Shown here: in pieces, positions 8,437-16,591 of the stretch
Numbering within the stretch: the first letter of the stretch is position 1
Layout: the number at the start of each line of letters is the position of its first letter
Source: a virus
Lineage: Duplodnaviria > Caudoviricetes
Reading direction: 5' to 3' (one strand)
DNA length: 35,401 nucleotides
Virus record (IMG/VR): IMGVR_UViG_3300020381_000026
Coordinates: 1-35,401 of that record
Notes under the pieces: generated by a model
Told to the model about the DNA's origin: nothing
The model's input: only the letters and a program-made list of their open reading frames with translations
Database searches by the model: none
Program-made: the position numbers and the translations under genes

Positions 8437-9359
8437 GTGCCCCATGCATTACCAAATAAATTAATATGCAATCTAGGACTAAACTTGTATCCAGTTTGCA
8501 TACATGCTTCTGCAACATCTTTTTCTGTTAGTGCTTGTTGTTCAAATGTTGCACCTTCTGGCATACAGTAAACAGCATCTACTGTTACACCTGCTTCTTT
8601 ATACGCACTCACATACTCATCTACTTCATCAAAGTCTATTATATCTCTAACAACAAACTTATTATATAAAAAACTATTCTCTACTTTATTCATACTAACT
8701 AATGCATCTGGCTTTAATGTATCTTCTCTTGTCTCAGCACTAATAGATAGTTTAGGTGATGTACTCCAAGTTATATGTACACCTTTACCCTCACCATTAA
8801 AGTATTCTGTCATATTATCTTCACAATGTTTACTGCCATTTGTTTCAAATGTAACATTTACTAAACCATATTCTTTGTTTAGTCTATCAATAAGGTCGGG
8901 CCAAACACGTTGCCACCCTAGTAGCGGTTCACCACCTGTGATAACCAGGTGTATGTCTTCGCCGTGCCGGCCCTGAAAAGTACCATTTGGTAACAATGAG
9001 ATGATGTTATCAATCACTTCACTTACACTTTCTGTTCGTTGTAAGTGTTTATACTTCATTGCCCAACTGGCACTACTGTCACACCCTATGGGTGTAACAG
9101 GCAACTCTTCGATACTTTTATAAGCATCGGGATGATTCTTATCGGCACGTTCATCAGTCATGTAAGGCATATCATCCTTCGCTATGATGTCTCCGCGTGG
9201 TTGTCCAAAACCTGCACATTCAAAATTACAGCCGAAAGTTCTAAGGAACACACTAGGCACACCTACCCATCTACCCTCACCTTGTACGGAGTAGAATACT
9301 TCAGAGTACCTTAGTTTAGGTTCCTTCTTTACTTTGTTATTAAAAGTTTCAACTTTCAT
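8433..9359 (-). CDS. queE: 7-carboxy-7-deazaguanine synthase (radical SAM)
   Basis: SEVFYSVQGEG, FLRTFGCN, ITGGEPLL, FETNG, SPKLS, PRLHINLFG. Confidence 0.92.
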   Translation of the reverse strand: MKVETFNNKVKKEPKLRYSEVFYSVQGEGRWVGVPSVFLRTFGCNFECAGFGQPRGDIIAKDDMPYMTDERADKNHPDAYKSIEELPVTPIGCDSSASWAMKYKHLQRTESVSEVIDNIISLLPNGTFQGRHGEDIHLVITGGEPLLGWQRVWPDLIDRLNKEYGLVNVTFETNGSKHCEDNMTEYFNGEGKGVHITWSTSPKLSISAETREDTLKPDALVSMNKVENSFLYNKFVVRDIIDFDEVDEYVSAYKEAGVTVDAVYCMPEGATFEQQALTEKDVAEACMQTGYKFSPRLHINLFGNAWGT

Positions 9360-9897
9360 CTTTATCTTTTATGCTGTTTTTTCTTTGAACATATTCTTCA
9401 TAATCTAAATCACTTTTAGTGCTATCCGTATTTTTCATAATGTTTGGAACAGCATTTACAAGTGCTTGATTCACTATTATATGTAAGTCTGATATTAGAT
9501 TTTTATCTGTTTCAGCAGACTCTACATTATCTAAACAACAAACTCTTAGTCCTTGGTTCATTAGTTTAGCAAAATCTTTCTCTTCAGGGTAATAATAATG
9601 TCCCTGAGCAACTAACTTAATGTAAACAATTTGATGTAAATTAATTACTTCTATAATTGTTTCATCTGTATGTTTACCTACATTAATCAATGTAAGTAAT
9701 TTTTCTATATCTGTATCTGGTATTTGTATATTGTCACTGTAGAAATGTACGGCTTCCATAATATCTTCTTCAGATAGTTTATGATAAACTCTAGTCAATG
9801 TATCAATAGTTTTACCTTTGCCAATCATACCACAAAGAGTATCAACTGGAACTAATCCATTGCCTGTCACGAAACCTGATGCTCTACGTTCTATCAT
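9349..9897 (-). CDS. Protein with N-terminal DUF433-like HTH
   Basis: VPVDTLCGMIGKGKTIDTLTRVYHKLSEEDIMEAVHFY fits the DUF433 pattern. Confidence 0.55.
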   Translation of the reverse strand: MIERRASGFVTGNGLVPVDTLCGMIGKGKTIDTLTRVYHKLSEEDIMEAVHFYSDNIQIPDTDIEKLLTLINVGKHTDETIIEVINLHQIVYIKLVAQGHYYYPEEKDFAKLMNQGLRVCCLDNVESAETDKNLISDLHIIVNQALVNAVPNIMKNTDSTKSDLDYEEYVQRKNSIKDKDES

Positions 9898-10592
9898 TAT
9901 TGACCTTTACTTCCTGCAAAACTTTGTTGAAGTTTAATATTATCCATAAACTCCTTCTGCACTTTGCCTTCGTTTTTAAATGCTCCTTTAAGAACAGTTG
10001 TTTGTGTAAGACTACTATGTGCTTTTACACCTCTATTCTCTACGCAACCATGTGTGGCTTGTATGTACACACCTAAGTTCTCTGTGCCTGTTGCACGTTG
10101 TATCTCTCTAGCAATATCATTAGCAAGTTCTTCTTGTAGTGTTCCACGTTCTGCACACCATTGTGCTATTCTAGTGTATTTAGACAAACCAATTAGTTTC
10201 TCACTAGCAATAATACCTATGTATGCTACACCTCTAACTATCTGGTGATGATGTGAACACATACTTGTTAGTTCACTTCTTACAACTAACATACCTTCAT
10301 ACCTATCAATACTATCGTTAGGGAAAGCAGTTGCAGTAGGCATAGGTTCATACCTACCTGCCATTAGTTCATTGATATACATCTTAGAAAGACGTTTTGC
10401 AGTACCATTACTGTTAGGATCATTCTCAGTATCTATAACGAGACCTTGTAATACTTCTTCAAACTTAGGAGCCAACTCATCTATCAGTTGTTGCTTCTCT
10501 CCTTCTTCAATAAAGTCTGAGATATTATCTCCTGCCCAAAAACGTTTTCCAGCATCTTTTAATCTTTGTTTAATCTTCTTGCTTGTAGACAC
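9897..10592 (-). CDS. folE: GTP cyclohydrolase I
   Basis: SMCSHH, GLSKYTR, QEEL, HGCVENRG; probable GTG start at 10592 after GGAGG. Confidence 0.95.
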   Translation of the reverse strand: MSTSKKIKQRLKDAGKRFWAGDNISDFIEEGEKQQLIDELAPKFEEVLQGLVIDTENDPNSNGTAKRLSKMYINELMAGRYEPMPTATAFPNDSIDRYEGMLVVRSELTSMCSHHHQIVRGVAYIGIIASEKLIGLSKYTRIAQWCAERGTLQEELANDIAREIQRATGTENLGVYIQATHGCVENRGVKAHSSLTQTTVLKGAFKNEGKVQKEFMDNIKLQQSFAGSKGQ

Positions 10593-10882
10593 TATCTGCC
10601 TCCTTTGTCTAAATAATGTTGTACTATTAATCCACTGACCCAATTTTCAGCAGTATCTTCTGCATAAGAAATACTCTTGCCTGGAAGTTGTCTAGTTTCT
10701 ACTAACACTTCATCTTCATAAAATTCAACTGCATAACCTTTTTCATCAATAATTTTTGCAGTTCTACTTGTTTGTCCTTTAATCTTTCTTTTCATTGTTT
10801 CAAAATCTCTGTCTGTATCTTCAAACAGTTCCATTTGTGTTGGTGCTCCTTCGCTCCAATACTGACTAACTACATTTGCCAT
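10592..10882 (-). CDS. Hypothetical protein
   Basis: GAGGAG RBS before ATG 10882. Confidence 0.7.
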   Translation of the reverse strand: MANVVSQYWSEGAPTQMELFEDTDRDFETMKRKIKGQTSRTAKIIDEKGYAVEFYEDEVLVETRQLPGKSISYAEDTAENWVSGLIVQHYLDKGGR

Positions 10883-11339
10883 TCCACCACTCCTCATAAG
10901 GAAATACTATCCAATTGTTTTCTTCTTCTTCATCTAGTTCTACAGCACATATCTGTGAAGCAAAATTACTAGACAGTTTTTCTAATAACACCGCATACTT
11001 TACATTATCAGTCATACCTTCCATAATAACTACATCATGTATGCCTTGTAATGTTGTACCTGTGTCATTAATGTCATCTATAATAACAATTCTTTTACCA
11101 TTGTATTTAGACAAAAGGTGTCTAAGTTGAGTACTATTCTGTACTTTTCCGTCTCTTGTTTGCCATTCAAATCCATGAAAAGGAATATTATAATAATGAC
11201 TCATCATAGTTCCTATTGCAAGTCCGCCTCTGCTTGGACCTAATACTACATGTGGTCTCAACATTTGTGTTGCCATTTGTTGTGTGATGTCTCCCATCAT
11301 ACCTTCAATGTCTGACCAACTGTAATATACTTTACTCAT
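10866..11339 (-). CDS. Type I phosphoribosyltransferase (Gpt/Hpt-like)
   Basis: SRGGL, PRPP loop IVIIDDINDTGTTL, WIVFPYE. Confidence 0.9.
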   Translation of the reverse strand: MSKVYYSWSDIEGMMGDITQQMATQMLRPHVVLGPSRGGLAIGTMMSHYYNIPFHGFEWQTRDGKVQNSTQLRHLLSKYNGKRIVIIDDINDTGTTLQGIHDVVIMEGMTDNVKYAVLLEKLSSNFASQICAVELDEEEENNWIVFPYEEWWNGKCS

Positions 11340-11386
11340 AGGTTTATTATACCGGTTTTTCTGGTAAATGTCAAGTAATATTTCAT
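11336..11386 (-). CDS. 16-aa mini-ORF spanning the promoter and coupled to the PRTase
   Basis: AGGAG RBS, MKYYLTFTRKTGIINL*, TGA overlaps the PRTase ATG. Confidence 0.4.
   Translation of the reverse strand: MKYYLTFTRKTGIINL
11346..11374 (-). promoter_or_regulatory. Consensus sigma70 promoter, predicted leaderless
   Basis: TTGACA-17-TATAAT, then 6 nt, then ATG. Confidence 0.85.
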
Positions 11387-11399
11387 ATTTCTCCTACTA

Positions 11400-11483
11400 T
11401 TATCCAACTGGAAAAGTTATCATTATTACAGCAAAAGCAATTAAGGTCGTCCACATAATGACCTTAGCCTTTTTCTCACTCAT
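11400..11483 (-). CDS. 27-aa single-TM peptide
   Basis: GAGG RBS; MSEKKAKVIMWTTLIAFAVIMITFPVG. Confidence 0.45.
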   Translation of the reverse strand: MSEKKAKVIMWTTLIAFAVIMITFPVG

Positions 11484-11485
11484 AA

Positions 11486-12466
11486 CTACCTCTTTTTAAT
11501 TTTAGTTTTTTGCCACTTGATTTCATCTTCAACAATTTGTTGAATAGAGTTGGTTGGCTCCCAACCTAAAATTGTTTTAGCAGAATTGATATCTGCAAAT
11601 GTCTGTGTCATGTCGCCTGGTCTAGCATCTGCATACTCTACATCTATTGTAGTATCCAATGCTACTTCAACTGCATCAACTAGTCCTTTCATACTAACTG
11701 GATTGCTGTTACCAATGTTTACAGTTATATTTTCTTTTTGGTCAAACATATAATATGCCGTACTTAGGAATGCTCTTGCAACATCATTTACGTGAGTATA
11801 ATCTCTAACGCAAGTACCATCTTCAGTATTATAATCCTCACCATTAATTGTAAACTTATTTTCCGTTAGTCCTGCCTGTGCTAAAATAGGCAACACATGA
11901 ACTAAAGGATCTTTCTGATATCCATTTTTACCTTCATTACTTCCTGCCACATTAAACAGTCTAAGGTTTGCATAATTAAATCCATATACATCTGCATAGT
12001 CTTTAATTATTTTTTCACATATTTGTTTTGTTCTACCATATGGATTAATTGGTGCAGTAGGATCGCTTTCTTTAAATGAACCATCTTCATTTATGCTTGT
12101 ACCATACACACTTGAACTACTTGCAAATATGAAGTTAGGTACTTCGGCATGTACGCAAGTATTCAACAAACTAATTGTTTGTAATACATTGTCAGTGTAA
12201 GTAGGCATTGGATCTTTTACACTTGCTGGCACACTATTGTTTGCCGCAATATGTATAACTGCATGTGGTTTGATAAGTTCTATAACACCTTTTACTTGTT
12301 TGTTATCAATCTCAAAAGGATATTGAGTAACTCCAGGTATTTCTCTTTTCTTCTTATCAATATTAATTACATTGAATCCACTATCAACAAATAGTCTAGC
12401 AACATTGGATCCTATAAATCCACTTCCGCCAGTAATTACTATTGCTTTTTCGTTATTAATTTCCAT
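11486..12466 (-). CDS. galE: UDP-glucose 4-epimerase-like NDP-sugar epimerase
   Basis: GGSGFIG, SSSSVYG, YGRTK, RDYTHVND. Confidence 0.88.
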   Translation of the reverse strand: MEINNEKAIVITGGSGFIGSNVARLFVDSGFNVINIDKKKREIPGVTQYPFEIDNKQVKGVIELIKPHAVIHIAANNSVPASVKDPMPTYTDNVLQTISLLNTCVHAEVPNFIFASSSSVYGTSINEDGSFKESDPTAPINPYGRTKQICEKIIKDYADVYGFNYANLRLFNVAGSNEGKNGYQKDPLVHVLPILAQAGLTENKFTINGEDYNTEDGTCVRDYTHVNDVARAFLSTAYYMFDQKENITVNIGNSNPVSMKGLVDAVEVALDTTIDVEYADARPGDMTQTFADINSAKTILGWEPTNSIQQIVEDEIKWQKTKIKKR

Positions 12467-13526
12467 TTGCTCTACCTCTTATAACTTCATAAAGTGCCTT
12501 ACCACTAAAGAAGTTTTCTGTTAGGCTATGTGCTTGTAAATCAATTAAACTCTTATCGTTTTCACCTAACACCTTTTTAATATGTGCCATAATTAAATCT
12601 TTGTTTAGAATGTAACTATCAAAGTCTTCTGTCCAATCACTTGGATATAAAAACTCTGATTGATACATCTCTGAATAAGATAATCTATCTGGTACCATTG
12701 GGTTGGCTCCTACCAATGCACCTTCATAACAACTAATGCCTAGTGTTTCTTGTGTGTTTGCACTAAAGACAATCTTTGCTCTACCTAACAATTCGTGATA
12801 TTCTTCTTTTGTTAGTGTTTGTTCCTGACATACAATCCAATCATATTCTGGCATACTTTCTGCCAAGTCTTTAAATATGTCTACTTGTTTTTCAGGAGCA
12901 AGTCTGTGCGGAAATAATATAATGTTTTCTTTAAATGCATTATCATGTTCCGCTAATTCATGTTGTAGATACTCCATGGGCCACCCAACTATGTGAGCCT
13001 TACCAGTATTCATTAGTTCAAACTTCTCATATCCAAACTCTCTACAGAACATGTCTAAATGAAAGTCTGTTGCAAAGAAGTTATCATCGAATACTTCAAA
13101 CATACTGCGTTCAGCATGTCTAACCCACGGTGCATCTCCAATTAATCTACCAAGGAAATCTGCTGGATCATAACTGCCGGCATGCCACATGCCACCAATC
13201 TTTATATCTATATCCAACAGTTCAGCCATGTATTTAAGTTGTATTACAGTAGGATTCCATGCGTCTGTGTAAAGAAAGTAATCGCCATCACTAACTTTCC
13301 CATCTGCAATCAACTTACTGATAGTTTTTAGTTGTTCACTCTTCCAATAGTTTGTACCACTGAAGTTTAAAAATGCTCCTGGAGTTGTATCCGTTGGGGC
13401 ATCACTAGGACCTTCAATAACATGAACTTCTAAGTCAGCGAATTGCATTTGCTCTGGCAAATACTTCTTCCACTGAGCAGTATATCTTGTTTCAACTGGT
13501 TCTAATTCAACTAAAAATACTTTCAT
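12456..13526 (-). CDS. GT-B (GT4-like) glycosyltransferase
   Basis: HRLAPEKQ and Ex7E motif ETLGISCYE. Confidence 0.82.
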   Translation of the reverse strand: MKVFLVELEPVETRYTAQWKKYLPEQMQFADLEVHVIEGPSDAPTDTTPGAFLNFSGTNYWKSEQLKTISKLIADGKVSDGDYFLYTDAWNPTVIQLKYMAELLDIDIKIGGMWHAGSYDPADFLGRLIGDAPWVRHAERSMFEVFDDNFFATDFHLDMFCREFGYEKFELMNTGKAHIVGWPMEYLQHELAEHDNAFKENIILFPHRLAPEKQVDIFKDLAESMPEYDWIVCQEQTLTKEEYHELLGRAKIVFSANTQETLGISCYEGALVGANPMVPDRLSYSEMYQSEFLYPSDWTEDFDSYILNKDLIMAHIKKVLGENDKSLIDLQAHSLTENFFSGKALYEVIRGRANGN

Positions 13527-13528
13527 AA

Positions 13529-13711
13529 TTACATACTGTTTTTCTTTTCTTGGATTTCAGCACGTCTACTCTTAGTAAGTTTACCAAGATTGCCAAGTGC
13601 TTTTCTGGCTCTAGTAGCAGATGCTTTAATACCTTTCTCTTCGAACTTTGCACTTTCTTCAAGATAGGCTTCCATCTCTGCTTTTATTTGTAAATGAATT
13701 TCACTACTCAT
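13529..13711 (-). CDS. Small basic histone H1/Hc1-like protein
   Basis: GIKASATRARKALGNLGKLTKSRR. Confidence 0.65.
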   Translation of the reverse strand: MSSEIHLQIKAEMEAYLEESAKFEEKGIKASATRARKALGNLGKLTKSRRAEIQEKKNSM

Positions 13712-13735
13712 TTTCTTCTCCTTTATATATAAAGT

Positions 13736-14155
13736 TTAACATCCTGTATCTTCTGCAATAAACTCTTCTCTCAAAGGTCTGCTATGTACAGGATATTCCA
13801 TTTCGCAACCGTTTTCATTATCTTCGGCTACTGATATTCTAACAAATCTGCTAGGATATTTGTCGTTGATTGCATTGTATAATTCATCTGCAATCATCTC
13901 ACAACTTTTGTTGTTCAGTTCAAGTACACTATCTTGATTGTATAATCTTTGTAGCCATCTTTTGAACTGAATAAATTCTATGTCTCTGTCATCGTGGAAT
14001 ACTTCTATCCACACTTTAAAATGAAATATATGTCTGTGCTTGTATCCTAAGAAACTTACATCATCCCAATCGCCTGTAGCAGTTGCAGGATTTGTATCTG
14101 CACCAGGATAATAATGCACACCTTCTTGACTAAATGTTACCCATATATTTCTCAT
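13736..14155 (-). CDS. dpdL: QueD/PTPS-like T-fold protein with LxxxHRHxF motif (DpdL-like CDG decarboxylase)
   Basis: LGYKHRHIF, RDIEF, SCEMIA, V.ED.ENG; lacks the CxxxHGH of canonical QueD. Confidence 0.72.
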   Translation of the reverse strand: MRNIWVTFSQEGVHYYPGADTNPATATGDWDDVSFLGYKHRHIFHFKVWIEVFHDDRDIEFIQFKRWLQRLYNQDSVLELNNKSCEMIADELYNAINDKYPSRFVRISVAEDNENGCEMEYPVHSRPLREEFIAEDTGC

Positions 14156-14388
14156 GTTTTTCCTTTAATAGTTTTATAAATTCTATGTAATGTGTAAAAC
14201 CATACACCATTTATTGCAGGTTCTACAAGTGCCACTATACCTGACTCCCAAAAACTTGCACCAGTTACTACACTAACAACAATCATTGCAATACAAATGT
14301 GTCCTAGTGTATATATAATAGCAAGACCCAAGGATGTTTCCATAAAGCCTTTAAAAACATTACCGATTCCTTGTGTAAACTCTGTCAT
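14152..14388 (-). CDS. DUF2061-like membrane protein
   Basis: IYTLGH..IA..V....TG....G..ALVEP.IN.VWFY..H. Confidence 0.7.
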   Translation of the reverse strand: MTEFTQGIGNVFKGFMETSLGLAIIYTLGHICIAMIVVSVVTGASFWESGIVALVEPAINGVWFYTLHRIYKTIKGKT

Positions 14389-14795
14389 TATGCCTCTTTA
14401 TTTGGATTCCAAAGTGTTAAGTTTTTAGTTTTAAGTCTGTTAGCAACAATAGTATATCTATTTTGTTCTTCTTTCCATTCCTTTAACCATTTGTGTCCAT
14501 CTCTTTCTGCATCAACAAAGATTGCATTAGTAAATGCTAACGGAAGTAATATAGCAACATGTATAAAAATACTTGCTACTGTATTATATCCAAACCAACC
14601 CAAATAGTTTGATGCTAAAAATCCAAAGTACACACTCCATATAATAAAGAGAACTAACATAAAGTATGTCTGTAAACTAGGATCTGGTATATACTTCAAC
14701 GGATTATATCTAACATCCATCACTCTTCTCCAGCCACTTACAAGACTCATTACAGTCCTTCTAAATAAACTTGGTTTTTTCATTGCAGGTTCCAT
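14388..14795 (-). CDS. Membrane protein, paralogue of 6532-6882
   Basis: RYNPLKYIPDPSLQTYF..WSVYFG; GAGGAG RBS. Confidence 0.78.
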   Translation of the reverse strand: MEPAMKKPSLFRRTVMSLVSGWRRVMDVRYNPLKYIPDPSLQTYFMLVLFIIWSVYFGFLASNYLGWFGYNTVASIFIHVAILLPLAFTNAIFVDAERDGHKWLKEWKEEQNRYTIVANRLKTKNLTLWNPNKEA

Positions 14796-14805
14796 TACTT
14801 TCTCC

Positions 14806-14913
14806 TCATTTTAAACGTTCTACTATATATTCTTTTAACACATGCATTCCATATGATGCCCACGTTATAAAGACTAAACTCCAAAACAGTATAACCAGTG
14901 AATCCCATAACAT
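14806..14913 (-). CDS. 35-aa membrane peptide (not in ORF track)
   Basis: TAATG coupling; MLWDSLVILFWSLVFITWASYG... Confidence 0.5.
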   Translation of the reverse strand: MLWDSLVILFWSLVFITWASYGMHVLKEYIVERLK

Positions 14914-15131
14914 TAAGTATTATCCTCTGGTCTATATGACACTCTTTGTTTGTCAAACTTGCCTTTTCCTAAGTCTGGATTATGTTTTGGATCTGGTGTA
15001 ATCTTTTCCTTCTTTTCCCAAAACAATCTAACAGATTTACCTGTCTTTTGTTCATGTACTATAACTGAACTTACATAGGCAAATAAACCAGCGGCTATAA
15101 CAATAAAGATACTTAATATTGTATTAATCAT
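14913..15131 (-). CDS. Small membrane protein
   Basis: N-terminal TM; probable start MINTILS after GGAG. Confidence 0.65.
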   Translation of the reverse strand: MINTILSIFIVIAAGLFAYVSSVIVHEQKTGKSVRLFWEKKEKITPDPKHNPDLGKGKFDKQRVSYRPEDNT

Positions 15132-15258
15132 CTCCATCATAATCCTCTTCATGCAAGGCAATTAGTTTATCTCTGAACTCAGAAACAACTGCAATAAGTT
15201 GTTCTATTTCATCCATATCTTGCTTTGTATCAATTTCAACTTCTAGTTTAATCTTCAT
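15124..15258 (-). CDS. 44-aa acidic protein (not in ORF track)
   Basis: MKIKLEVEIDTKQD...DGDD*, below a candidate promoter. Confidence 0.6.
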   Translation of the reverse strand: MKIKLEVEIDTKQDMDEIEQLIAVVSEFRDKLIALHEEDYDGDD

Positions 15259-15266
15259 GTTATAAT

Positions 15267-15295
15267 ATATTATACTCTTTTGCTATTAATGTCAA
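15267..15295 (-). promoter_or_regulatory. Candidate sigma70 promoter
   Basis: TTGACA(15295-15290) with TAATAT at 17-nt spacing (TATAAT at 15). Confidence 0.55.
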
Positions 15296-15885
15296 CCATT
15301 TTTTCTGGTATAAGATGTATTTCCATCAGCATATCTATGATTAACTTCACTATGATGTTGTTCATCTGCTCTTACTTTTTTAATTAAATCACTTAACTTT
15401 GCAGACTTTTTCATCTTGTAATATTTGATTGCTAGTTCTGGTGCTGGTACGTTTTCCACTTCACCATTCTCAACCATTGCTAGATAATCTGTATAACTTC
15501 TAACTGCTTCTTCTTCAAAGTAACCTATCATTCTATGTGCTGTCTTATAACTAATAGCATATAATATAGCATAGAATAACATAAACAACAGTTGGGCAAT
15601 TAGAACCAAATATCTTTCAAACCAATTAGGCTTTGCTATTTCAATAAAGAACATCAAATGCATTCTTTCGTTTTCTGCTTCTGCTAATAGTTCTCTGATA
15701 TCAGGTCCATAACCTGTTTTCATCTTACGCAGACTTTTCATGTGTAACCACATACCTGCAACCATACCAGGCACACCAGCAACTGTTTCTAGCACTACTG
15801 CCCTGTGTCCATATCTTTTAGCAAAGAATGTGTCCGCTATAAAACGGAAAAACTTTGTCATAGACATGGCTATCCAATCTCTCAT
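15292..15885 (-). CDS. aox: Alternative oxidase (diiron ubiquinol oxidase)
   Basis: LETVAGVPGM, EAENERMHL, FEEEAVRSY, RADEQHH. Confidence 0.95.
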   Translation of the reverse strand: MRDWIAMSMTKFFRFIADTFFAKRYGHRAVVLETVAGVPGMVAGMWLHMKSLRKMKTGYGPDIRELLAEAENERMHLMFFIEIAKPNWFERYLVLIAQLLFMLFYAILYAISYKTAHRMIGYFEEEAVRSYTDYLAMVENGEVENVPAPELAIKYYKMKKSAKLSDLIKKVRADEQHHSEVNHRYADGNTSYTRKNG

Positions 15886-16403
15886 TCTATAACCTTATCT
15901 CCTACATACGCCGACCAATCAGTGTATGCACTTCTGTTTCTTAAATTATGTACTTGATGACACCATACTCCGCCGTTAGGACCTTTGAATGCCTTGTCAT
16001 CAATTTTAAGTGTAGCATTGTAATTAAACTGATTAACGTATGGCATAGGCACACTAATCATTGCTACAAATTTGTTATATTCATCCCAACCTTGTTCTAA
16101 AACTTCCTCACAGTATTTGGCATTGAAGTCTACAGTTACCCAAATATCTGCTTTAATTAATTCTTTTACAATGTAGTCCCACTCTTCCCAATCCTCATCT
16201 GTTTCAGGAGCAAATGTATATCCACATCCTAAGTAAGCATGGTCAATTTTATTAGCCAAACATCTTTGCAATATCTCTTTTGGATTTTGTTTGCCTATAA
16301 CAAACAATGTAGTAACTCCAAACAAAGGAGTTCGTTCTACTTCTACACCAATAAAGAACTTTGGATCTTCTCCAAAATTATCTCTTCCTTCTACACTAGA
16401 CAA
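15882..16403 (-). CDS. Hypothetical protein inside the deazaguanine locus
   Basis: 173-aa ORF; FFIGVEVERTP..TLFV, GGVW..WSAY..D. Confidence 0.75.
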   Translation of the reverse strand: MSSVEGRDNFGEDPKFFIGVEVERTPLFGVTTLFVIGKQNPKEILQRCLANKIDHAYLGCGYTFAPETDEDWEEWDYIVKELIKADIWVTVDFNAKYCEEVLEQGWDEYNKFVAMISVPMPYVNQFNYNATLKIDDKAFKGPNGGVWCHQVHNLRNRSAYTDWSAYVGDKVIE

Positions 16404-16587
16404 TGTAATCCTCCCTCGATTTTTTTGCTGTTCTTTTTACACCTGATGGACTTGTATATTCATCTTTGGATATACCTTTAGTTCCACCATCTCTGTTTAC
16501 AATATTAAATACTATTGCCATAATTATCATAATAGATACTATACAAATAATTAAAGCGGTTATTGGTATAATTAATACATCACTCAT
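16396..16587 (-). CDS. Small membrane protein
   Basis: N-terminal TM helix, basic tail. Confidence 0.65.
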   Translation of the reverse strand: MSDVLIIPITALIICIVSIMIIMAIVFNIVNRDGGTKGISKDEYTSPSGVKRTAKKSREDYIV

Positions 16588-16591
16588 TCTA

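Noticed and set aside
13721-13734. 14-bp palindrome CTTTATATATAAAG
   Set aside because: AT-rich, low complexity, single copy.
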